This document shows, one piece after another, positions 11,786 through 22,313 of a stretch of DNA of 39,644 nucleotides (position 1 is the stretch's first letter; every line of letters starts with the position of its first letter). The position numbers and the translations under genes are program-made. Origin of the DNA: Atractiella rhizophila. Its lineage: Eukaryota. Under the pieces are notes generated by a model. That model was not told the origin of the DNA. It worked only from the letters and a program-made list of their open reading frames with translations, and did no database searches. The stretch covers positions 1 through 39,644 of the forward strand of contig MU271565.1 in the NCBI GenBank assembly GCA_021432655.1. The letters are read 5' to 3'.

Positions 11786-12730
11786 TTGGTTTTAACGAGA
11801 TGCGACTCGAAAATCGAAAACGCGAAGAAGGAACAGAACGGGTTACCAATGGATGGCTAGGATTTTGTATCTGACATGTAGCCAAAAGTATGAAATTTAA
11901 GTTGTTAACATCTTCTTGTTCTTGACCACCGTCCAGATACTCTCTCGCCAGAATGACGAATGCAAATGTCGGTAGACTTGTGAGCACAAAGTAGAGAAAG
12001 GTATCGGCTAAGGATTGGGAAGAGACCGGTGCCGAGAAATAGGAGAAGAGGATGATTGGGACGGGAAGGAGGAATGACAGAACAAAAGTGGTGGCTGGTA
12101 AAGGTGACGGGTAATTCGTCCGTGAAGGCAGATATTGCAGCAGAAGCGGTAAAATGACCACCTGTGAGGAATAGTTAGTTCTCTTCTCTCTTCTTCTCTA
12201 TTCTTTCAGGATTGTAAAACGTTTCCGAAAGAGGATACAATAAACGGTACCGTCAGACGTTGACTGCTACTAGATGCGAAAAACTACAAAAATCGATCGT
12301 TTAGTTTGGACTTACCTTCAGGCCTTCTCTCATCCCCAAGCTCACTGTCGCCTGTCCTGCTCTCCCTCCAATATTGTGCTCAGCCCACCACGCTATCGCG
12401 AGTGCTGCTCCTGCGGTCGCAAACAAACGTCTCCTGAACTTCTTGCGAGCTCCATCGCTTCCCCTGCTTCGACACATGAGGAAAAGACTGTAAAGTACAT
12501 GGAGCCAGGTTAAAACGAAGAGTGGAATGAGGGGGAGGGGACTGAGGATGCTAGGAACAAAGCGAGATGTGAGGTGGAACGCGTTGAGATCTGCAGGAGC
12601 GAACATTTGGTTTTAACGAGATGCGACTCGAAAATCGAAAACGCGAAGAAGGAACAGAACGGGTTACCAATGGATGGCTAGGATTTTGTATCTGACATGT
12701 AGCCAAAAGTATGAAATTTAAGTTGTTAAC
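11091..12730. repeat. Direct tandem duplication, two ~820 bp units (11091-11910, 11911-12730)
   Basis: Near-identical sequence at offset ~820 with scattered substitutions. Both units start tcttcttg(c/t)tcttgaccaccgtcc and end gaaatttaagttgttaac. Confidence 0.97.
11911..12606 (-). pseudogene. Truncated 5' duplicate (exon 1, intron 1, most of exon 2) of copy A
   Basis: MFAPADLNAFHL...GLK|VVILPLL...DGGQEQE, then the frame runs into the upstream region of the intact copy and stops at 11730. Confidence 0.8.
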
Positions 12731-14546
12731 CAGGCATGTCCGTAGCGTGCTGCCCATTGCGAAGCAAGCATTCAAACAGCTGTTAGGCAGTTAGGAAGGA
12801 GCGGTCCGAGCCAGTTGCACTCTCCCACTGTATGCACATCACCCCCATCCTGACTGACATCCATGTGGCGATTCTATGCAAAGCTGATGATGCCTCGTAA
12901 CGAACGAAGCTCCTTATACAAACGGGCAGTCTGTCGGGCTTGCGAATCAAGATTCTGAAGCATAGGCATGTTGCTAACACTGCTGGTTAGGTAACCCAAA
13001 GGAAAAAGGTAGAGACGCAGTGATCATGCACAGTGGCATAAGCTCCGCAATCCCGAACCAGTCCTGAGTACTGTAATTCGATGTTTACACGGCTACAATA
13101 CAGCCGTTGAAGTTACTGCCTCTCTCGGCTCGTATGAACGGGACCTTCACGATCGCACACCTGTTAAATCTAAATCATCGAAAGCCATCTCTTCCCCTTT
13201 CCTCGTTCGGCCTCGCACATCGTTTGAGGGTGATTACTTGTCATCCCAGAGTCATCTGTAGACTCGGAGTCAAAGTACCATCAACCTCGCTTTCCTCCTC
13301 CAAGCAGCTTGAGCGGTCTCACTGTCGATCACAACCTGCCCGCTGTATTTCTGGCAAATCGGTCCTTTTCATCCTGTTGTTTGTACAGTACAGTTTGAAT
13401 TGGCTTTTGCTAGATACAACACCAGAGCGCTGGTCTCTGCCTGTTCCTCTTTCCTGATTGAGGACTCCGAAAAGATACGACATATTATAAGGGCAGTCGG
13501 TGCTACAAACTAGAAGGTGTGAAGGGATGCTTAGCTCTATAGCGAACAGAACTCTAACTCCTCGCTTCGTGGGAGAGTTGTAATTAATCGAGATTCGCAG
13601 CTACACAGATATTCAGGCATTCTCTGTGTTTAGCCAACAACATAAGTTGCCAGGCTGTGACACAGACAAGGCAGTAAGGAGCCCATGCGCCTCTCCATGT
13701 TCCAAAATGACAAAGTCATGACATGATAATCATTCGACCGTGTCGGTCTTGAATCTTAGTTGCCAGAGAGTTCAGACCATGGACCTCCTGAATGTTGACA
13801 ACCTGGCGGGTTTGACATTGAGGCGACGCTGTCACATGCTGCACCGTCGCCGCCAGGCCCAGCCCAGCATTTATTTTGGATGAAAGAAAGAATAGGACAA
13901 ACAGAGGTAGTAAACTTTGCTTCTCGCTTATATCCTGATATTTTTCCTCATCTTTGCCGCTCTTCTCTTTGCTTGATTAGTTGATCAATGTAATATGATC
14001 CCATCGCCCATTTCTGGAATGCGAAAACAAATTGGCAATTAACCACCAAAATCTCCCTTTTGGCTCCTGGCTCCTGGCTCATTACTCTGGCCTTCTAAAG
14101 GTGAGCCTCCATTTTCAGTGTCAATTGCAGTGCCCTGTGCAAACAGTAAATGCTTGCACTCATTTCGAGTTGTCGAGAACTTAGTTAGAAAGGTGCGAAG
14201 GAGAGTGGGCTCTCAAAATCCAATTCTTGGTTGAAAGCTGTAATTCCACCGAACTTCAAAGCTCTGCTCTACTCCTTCAGTGTCATTAGGAAATGATAGT
14301 AATCTCCCTGTTTCCTCTTCGTTAGGCATGCTGGTGAGCTTCTGTCGTTTTGATGACCATACTGTCAGTGACAGTGTTCAAAGAGTTGTACGACAAGTGA
14401 GAATAGTCGCTACTTGTGGGACGACTCGTAATGCAGCTCCTGCTTCCACATAAGCAGCGGCAATCGAGCTGCAGCCTGTCCGCCGCCCCTGGCTTTCTCT
14501 CGCCTTCATGACTAACGAGCCATTTTGGACCAGGTCCCATATTAAC

Positions 14547-16097
14547 ATGCATCTGCTTGATCTGCCATCCGAACTTGTTACATCTATACTCCGCCATCTC
14601 TGTATGGACATAAATATCGACACTTCTGACCTCCTCCAGTTGCGTCTAACGTCTCGCGCCATCTCTCACTGCTTAGAACCTCTGCTCTTTCGCCGGCCGT
14701 TCCTATTTACGTCGTCTTCTGCTGCTTATCTATTAGCTCAACCAACTAAAATCCAGTGGCTCCGCTCCCTGGATTGGGGTGAGGCTGGAACGCCGGAGGA
14801 CAACTTACTGGAACTTGCGCAAGCGTTCAAGGCCGTTGTAAATCAGGCTCTCAACTTGATCGCTTTGGCGTTTACTTGGGGCGATGCACACCGTTATGGT
14901 CAAGAATTTACCTTTCCTCCTCATTTAGAAGATCGGCTTGCCTCCTTATCTCTTGTCCTCGTCATCGACCGAGCGAGAGGCACACAACCCAATGTTGAAG
15001 ACTATGTCACTAATCTACCATCCCTTCGTGCGCTTTGTCGACTCTCCTTGGGAGACTTTGAAGTATTCCCATCTTCGATAGACGACGATCAAGTGATTGG
15101 CGTACCAGACAATGCTGCCCTCATCTCCTCCCTCAACTTTTTGTGCATTTACGAGATGGGAATCGCTCCGTGCTTGTTCAAGAATTTTTTTCGAAACTCT
15201 CTTCACACTCTGAGATTTCTTGCTGTGAACGAAGTTGCTTTCAAGGTACATTCAGACGCATCCAATTTGATCATCGCTTGCTCAGCGCAGCTAGAATCAC
15301 TTTCCTTCTACTTCACCTTTACTCGTACCGCGCTCCCACCCCTTCCAAAAATTCGATTCCTCCGCCTGGTATTCAAATTTTCAGTAGAAAATCTGGGAGA
15401 ACCACAGCCAAATTTCGGCCTTTTCGTTCCTACATTGTTGGAATCTAAAAATCTGGTCGAATTGCACCTCACATGCTTTAATTTCTCTAGCAGCACGTCC
15501 TGGATTCCTTCGAAGGCCGAACTTCTCCATATTCGCTCTCTCTTCGTCGGCGGTGTCAGAGGGGATTTTCCGACCTTTTTGAAGAGGATTCTGGCACCAG
15601 CATGCGTCAAGCACCTTGTGTGCCAGTTCAATGAGCAGTCGGGAGAGATTATTGACGTCGTGAAGGATGGCCTGAAGCAGCTAGCCATGTTTGATTACGT
15701 CAATTGTTTTGACAATATCGCACAGTGCGAAAGCCTCTTCTCGTTTATATCTAGCGTGATATGGTGGACTTCACTCGACTTTACTCGTACTTTCACGCTG
15801 CCCTTCAAACAACTAATCATTCATGCAGGAACGCCATTTGACTTCGTCCCACTAGCATCGATCATCACGAAAACCTGTCTTCCAAACCTTGAGCGCGTTT
15901 ACCTGTTGTGTCGTGAAACGCACAAAGAAGATCTGGATGAATTTTTTCGAATGTTACCAGAACTCTACTACGCTCTGAGTCTCGATCCAGTCATTCTGTC
16001 CAAGTGGGAGAAAGACGTTGCAGACATACTAGACGTCCCGGAGAGGGTACAGATGGGAATGTATAGGGACGCTATCGAATTCACTGCTGGATTTTGA
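14547..16097 (+). CDS. F-box protein with LRR-like C-terminal region, single exon (possible upstream start at 14508)
   Basis: Long uninterrupted ORF. F-box-like MHLLDLPSELVTSILRHL...LLQLRLTSRAISHCLEPLLFR, followed by repeated LxxLxL patterns (LPSLRALCRLSL, LESLSF, NLVELHL, LPNLERVYL). Confidence 0.75.
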   Translation: MHLLDLPSELVTSILRHLCMDINIDTSDLLQLRLTSRAISHCLEPLLFRRPFLFTSSSAAYLLAQPTKIQWLRSLDWGEAGTPEDNLLELAQAFKAVVNQALNLIALAFTWGDAHRYGQEFTFPPHLEDRLASLSLVLVIDRARGTQPNVEDYVTNLPSLRALCRLSLGDFEVFPSSIDDDQVIGVPDNAALISSLNFLCIYEMGIAPCLFKNFFRNSLHTLRFLAVNEVAFKVHSDASNLIIACSAQLESLSFYFTFTRTALPPLPKIRFLRLVFKFSVENLGEPQPNFGLFVPTLLESKNLVELHLTCFNFSSSTSWIPSKAELLHIRSLFVGGVRGDFPTFLKRILAPACVKHLVCQFNEQSGEIIDVVKDGLKQLAMFDYVNCFDNIAQCESLFSFISSVIWWTSLDFTRTFTLPFKQLIIHAGTPFDFVPLASIITKTCLPNLERVYLLCRETHKEDLDEFFRMLPELYYALSLDPVILSKWEKDVADILDVPERVQMGMYRDAIEFTAGF

Positions 16098-16493
16098 GCC
16101 ATGGTTACAGTATGTAAGGATGGGAACAACATGCCACACATTTGGTGCCTCGTGATGACATTGTTGTAATTCTCAGTGTTCAGATTCAAGTGCAGGAATG
16201 ATACGGGACCTGATTGTCATTTAGAGTCCTTGTTGCACAGCGGTGTGTCTTTGAACTTGGCCTACCCTTAACAGTTCATGAATTCACTTGAAGATTTGGT
16301 GACTCCAAGTAGATATGGGAAGGAAACAGCAGGCAAATTGGCTGTCGACAGAGATGAATGCAGCATATATCCGTAGTCTATAATGACTCTTTGGTCAGGA
16401 CGAAGGATGACGAACGGATCCCAATCCTTTATCGGACAACAGTGTACAGTAATATCTAGAACAATCAGCCTGGGACATGGTCTTCACCGTCCA

Positions 16494-18851
16494 TTAGAGG
16501 TTGGTGAGAGGTGACGTGCTATCGAAGCATTGACACTCTCGCTTCTTCGCCCACCAATCACTTTCTGGGCACCTCTCCACCAATGTCGGGTCTTCGCAAT
16601 GGAACATTGTTGGCCACGACCTTTCTAAAGAATGTCCGAAGAAGGGGTTGTCAGGGCCTGTAAACAGTTAAAATTCTCTTCGGTGGAGAGCCTTAGGACA
16701 GGACGAACCATTGTTCCACCATCCCTCTTTGTAGATGTCGCTTCCTTCCGGCGCTTCTAAGATACCATCTAGCTCCTCGTATGTTGACAAGAGGTTTCTT
16801 TCGATTCGTTGCCTCGACACCACGAATTGGCCAGCGTACGTAGCCTTGACCAGATCAGCAAACGCAACCGCACCTCAAAGCAGAACAAACACACCGTTTG
16901 AAGTGTTCCATCAACGCACTCCTTCCCCTTGAACATGCGATAAATATCCTTCATTCGCTCATACTCCCCAGTCCCAGTTCCGTGGAAAAGATCCTTTCCA
17001 CAGTTTGCATGGAGCAATACAGTGGTTGAGAGGAATCCCGTTGAGTCCGTGATAAGCTCGATCTTAGGAGTGGCAAGACCAGCCCAACCCAGATGCGGCT
17101 GCATGAATAATGTGAGAGGAGCAAGTGCCGTGGTACATTCTGCTCTCCTCGTTAGTGAGCTAGCTAGGGGCGGCGCAAGACAGGCACCTGAGAATTGGTT
17201 GATTGCCCCTTCAATGCAATTAGAATCCAGCTTATTCTCGCGTCGCAGCCCATAATTCCTCACGATATGTCTCAAATACGTTCCACCTTCCCTCCCAGTA
17301 TTGGGGAGCCCACGCACAACTATGTCTGCCTGCTCAACCAACCAATCAGGCACTTCTTTCCCTTTCGCGTAGATAATAACTCTGGGCTGGCGATCCGAGA
17401 TCGCGCGCACTGAGAAAAGGGTGGAAAGAGCAACTTGTAGAACGTCGGGAGTCTCCTCATAATACGAGATGACGATATCCATTGCCTTCGGTTTCCGGGG
17501 AAATGTTGGTGAAGTAAGGATGAGAAGCGCCAAAGGAAAGAGAGTGACAAACGTCCTTGACAAGTGCGGGCGGATGGGAGCGCGACGGACGGGTACATCC
17601 TCCTCTTCTTTCTCCTGAGCAGTGAAATAAAGAGGCACCAGAACTTCTTCGTTCCGTGAAGCAATCGAACTCTTCCACCGCCTCTCCATTGCTAGTAAAA
17701 TCCCCAAGCAGAGCAGTCCGGTCATCATCCATACTTTCGTATCGTCTACTTCTATCCCTTTCCCTCCACCCAACCACCCTTTCCCATTCACGAACTCTTC
17801 CATTCCGAGAAGAAACAGCATATTTCCTAACGCGAAAGCAGAGAAGAGGTCGACCTTTCTAGTTGCCATGTAAGCAGTGAAAAGGAGATCAAGGGTGAGA
17901 AGTATTGAGTGGAAGATCGGCAGGTCAATTAGGCAGTAATTTCGAAAAGCTGTAGGATGAAAGAGATAATATGGCAGAGGTGTTCGGAAAGACTCCGTAA
18001 TGCTGGAAGTGAGCAGCGGGAACAGATGTGGTAACGAAATGAACATATAGAAGCCGAATGCGTACTGATGGCCCAAGGTCATTAGCTTGTGTCTCGCGGA
18101 ATGAGATGGCGAGTACTCACAGGAGATACATGCAAAAGAAAGTAGAGCCATCCTCCTCGCGCTTCTTGTTCTTGTTCTTTCCCACTGTTCTGATACTCTC
18201 TCGCCAATGCGATGAAGACAAACATAGGAAGAGCTGTAAGCACGAAGTAAAGAAAGGTATCGGCGAGAGACTGTGAAGAGACAGGTCCGGAAAGGTAGTT
18301 AAAGAAAAGGATTGGCATGGGAAGAAAAAAGGATAAAATAAAAGTCGTTGCTGGTAAAGGAGTGGGGTAACCCGTCCGTGGCGGAAAATATTGTAGCAAA
18401 AGAGGTAAAACAGCCACCTGGATGGAATGATCAGTCCTATTCTCTAAATAATCTTCATAACAATGTCAGGGTAGGAGAGAGGGAACAATAACTGGGCGTT
18501 TTCTGATCCTGCGTGTGGCTGAAAGCGTAGAAAATCGATTTCCTCAGCATTTGAACGTACCTTCAGCCCCTCCCTCATTCCCATGCTAACAGTCGCTTCA
18601 CCTGCTCGTCCTCCCATACTGTGCTCAGCCCACCATCCGATCGCCAGCGCTGCTCCTGCAGTCGCATAAAATCGCCTTCTGAACTTGCTGTAAGCACCGT
18701 CCCTTCCCCAACTTCTAAATATGGGCAAAACACGGCAAATCACGTGAAGTAAAGTGAAAAAGGCGAGTGGGAGGAGGGGGATAAGACTGAGGATGCTAGG
18801 AATGAAACGAAATGAGAGATGGAAAGCGCTAAGGTCCGCAGGGGCGAACAT
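16494..18851 (-). CDS. Polytopic membrane protein with C-terminal DUF3431-like domain, copy B, 6 exons
   Basis: Collinear paralog of 9417-11785 with the same intron positions. MDIVISYYEE, LPNTGREGGTYLRHIVRNY, LTLFMQPH, YAGQFVVSRQRI and FGHSLERSWPTMF; stop TAA at 16494-16496. Confidence 0.8.
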
Positions 18852-20983
18852 GTCGTTATAACGAGTTGTGACTGCTTGTAAAGAAAATAAAGAAAACTGA
18901 ACTGGAGCTAGAGGCAGTCTGGATCAAATATATATACCTGCTCTGCAGTTGCAAAGGATTAAGTTTGGGCAGTAAGCTAGCATGGTCGTACTTGTTCGGC
19001 GAGAGCAACCATTCAGATAGCAGTTACTGAGCAGAGGTCCGAGTAGCAAGTTGCACTCGCTAACAAGCTGACATAGAGATGTAAAAGTAGTTCCGAAGTG
19101 CACGCACAGTTGAATGTTCAATGTTGGATCTCACTTTGGTTCTGTGTTGTCGACATTTCACATGCAACGAGTAACCCTCTGCGGGAAGCAGTGGCGAACC
19201 AAAACGAGCCGCACTCATATCAAGCATTCCTGACTCGCTTTGTCCAATATCGCGACCATCACAGCCTCTCTCTCTGCATGTTGGATCTCTGCATGATCAG
19301 TCGGGCCCATGGGTACGTGACATGGTGGTGTGCCTCTTTCGGCAGATCGGTGCTCTCATGTTTGCTATTCCCAGGACAGGATCTGAAGGTTGGCCCACCG
19401 AAATATTATTTGTGGTATTGTAACTTTTGGTCTCCTCTGCGACCGTGGACTATGGGCAAGGAAACAAAGAGCTTTAAGGGCAGTCGGCGCTCTCAAGGGA
19501 CGAGGAACTATCATGAGTAAGCGTCTCCTCCCAGTGACCATTGATTGCATGCTTATAACTCCTCGCAGCTGGGGAGTCGGATCAAAGCTTCCTTGTTCAG
19601 AATACTCCTGCCAGCCGACCTTGGTTCCTGTGGCTGTGATAGACACGATAGAGTGCTGGGAAGGCAGCCGCCGCAGCCTTTTCACAATGCCGCGCAAAGA
19701 GAGCCCAACGGGTATCGAGGAAGCCAAAGGGGGTAGATCAACCCGAGAATCAACCTCCATGGTATCGTGCCCATCTCAACATAGCCAGATTGGTACTGCC
19801 AAAGGACCGCGATCCTTCTTTTATATTTCTGTTTTCCTTTGGCGAGCTGTAAGACGTAGTTTACCAATTAAAGCGTGATTATGAGCGTGACGTGCTCAAA
19901 TAAGGAAGAGCATAAGTTTACAGGGTTTCAAAAGCAAGGATGTGTTTGGTAGCATGAAGCAAAAAAATCGCGAAATCGACGAAGAAAACAAGAAAGAGTC
20001 GTTTTGAGAGAGATGTTCCGACCGTTTCAACTAGTGCACTCCTGAGACATTGTTGTTTTAATTGGCCTCATGAGTTTTGTGTCCAAAGACTTGATTGCTG
20101 CGTGATTCCGATACAGCTAAATAACCCTGTCTTTGGCTTCTAAACACGGTCTAAAAGGAGGACAGCGACGTAAACTGGGAAGTCGACACTTCATTTAATA
20201 CAACAGCAAATTCTTAACAACGAAGAACCGTACCATGCGCGTCCCATGTACCCATGGTCACCCTGCACCACAACTATAAGAGCTCACACTTTCTCCTATG
20301 ACTAAAGGATATCCCCCATCTTCCTGTTCCTACCTCCCGATGTCCTTTTGCGGAATGCAGAATGTGGAGTGCGAGCTTCAAGGCGTACACAAGGGATTGT
20401 GTGGGATGTCCATGGACGTGTTGTCAGATGGCAATGTCCTTCGATTCTCTGGAAATAACAATGCGTGTATCCAATGTCAATGTTGATCAAATGACTTCCC
20501 GAGCTAAGCGGGAACTGCGGGAAGATGCGGGAAGGCGGCCACCAGCGCGGGTTCGGGAAAGCACACAACGACTTTCCTTGCCACCTTCGCTTCACCGTGA
20601 CAGCCTTCAGCTTCAGCCTATCACCACCTCGTGACGGGGCGTTCTCAAAATTGGCACGAGCTCACCAGAACTGTAGGATTGGTGCTGAATTCCGATAGTC
20701 GACTTTGAGCGGGTGACTTAACGCTCCCTGCGCGAATTCGTTTGGCATCGGTTCGTTGTATTTTTACTCAAGTTACTTTCAGCAAAATTGAGCAATCCGT
20801 TCTCCCCTTCATCACAGAGTCACGCCTCAATTACTTCTTCAAATTGACCAGTTTTCGCAACTGTCCCAGGTCACATGATCCAATATTGCAACTCCTTTTC
20901 CTGTCTCCCCGGTTTTCTTTTCCACACATCTCCTCTCTTCAACAACACACGCTTTCTCTCCACCAAACACTGCACCAAATACG

Positions 20984-21937
20984 ATGGCTACGAAACCAAA
21001 CGCAGCGCTCAAGCCGATGGCGTCCCACATCGACACCTACAGAGCCTGTCGAAAGCACCTCATCCAGACTCGCAAGCGGAATGCTGACGTCTCCGTCTTC
21101 ATCAAGCACTTCACTAATGCTCGACAATCCCTCTGGGTCGAGGTGATAAAGAGGGGTCGGGCACTTGATACGTTGGGGAACAAGCTTCTGGAGTGCTGCC
21201 AGCCTGAGGCTGGGAGTGTGGTGGAGCGTCGTAAGAACTTGGACAAGTTGAAGGAGTCGTTGCGGAGGAAGAAGGAGATCATGAATTTCCTTGAGCAGAA
21301 GGACAAAGACTTGTACAACGGTCAGTTCATGCACCGTTTCTTGCAGTGATCGCCCTGAAGCATGGTACAGATCTTATGCAGGACAAGGACGCTTGCGCTC
21401 AAGTCGGGAAATATAGTTCGTTTTCTACGCACACCGCAAATATCTGTTAACGGCATTCTCTAGTCGATAATATGGCCCTGTCCGTGATCGAGAAACATTT
21501 CCTTATGGCCCCACCAGGAGATGTCGACGACCACGCTTCGGAGAAGGAACGAGAGCAACCCGGTATCTCTTACGACTCTGTGAAACTTTTTCGAGCGGCA
21601 ATTCGCGCCGTTGACCTTCTAGATCCGAGAGGGAAACGCACCTCCCCATTCCTCGCAAGTCGTACGTTTCTTTCTTTCGCCGCTCTTGAGCACAGAGGAG
21701 GGCTGAACAGACAACTTCGGAACAGTCATGCTGGCGCATAACGACGACGATATCCTCTGTCTGTTCCTATCCTCCTCCTCTCATATGTCTCGACTAATTG
21801 TGAATCCAAATGTCAGTGGCAGTACAGAAGCACACGAAGCTGCCTCTCCCCATTCGAGCAAAGAATCCAATCATCACAACCCATCCCAGCGTCCATCAAA
21901 CCCCTTCGGCTACCCTCTCACCTTCCGGCCCAGTTAG
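20984..21937 (+). CDS. Hypothetical protein (basic, coiled-coil-like N-half), 4 exons
   Basis: ORFs 20984-21349, 21472-21741 and 21728-21937 join in frame through three short GT-AG introns (~21321-21370, ~21416-21463, ~21662-21725). No family recognised. Confidence 0.6.
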
Positions 21938-22313
21938 ACGAAACGTTAGAGGTAGAGCGGGAAAGGAACGCGCTATTTAGTTCAACAGTTTTGTCATCCA
22001 GAATTTCCAACCCACGAGTCATACTCGTATTCATAGTCTGGCGTTTCTTTGTGCCGTCCACTCAAGGCAGTTCGCAAGGTTCTCACATCAAATGTCGTTC
22101 AGCAGTGATTATTACTCTTGTACTGAGGGGCATACCAATCGTTTGTAACATCTAACTTATTGACTTTCCTTAGGAGTCAGATTTTCCTCGTTCTTTTTCT
22201 CGAAATACTTAATTCGCTCTTTCCATCCTGTCGCTGGATGTTTTTTTCAGTATAGGGATGGGAGACTGTTTCATCTTCACAGAAGACAATATGCATTACT
22301 TCTACTTTTATAG

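Noticed and set aside
13550..13900. Telomerase RNA or spliceosomal snRNA identity for the hairpin-rich stretch
   Set aside because: No telomere-template sequence or recognisable U1/U2/U4/U5/U6 motif seen.
19098..19878. Overlapping 130-160 aa ORFs on both strands
   Set aside because: No family motifs or consistent exon structure; could be a remnant but unsupported.
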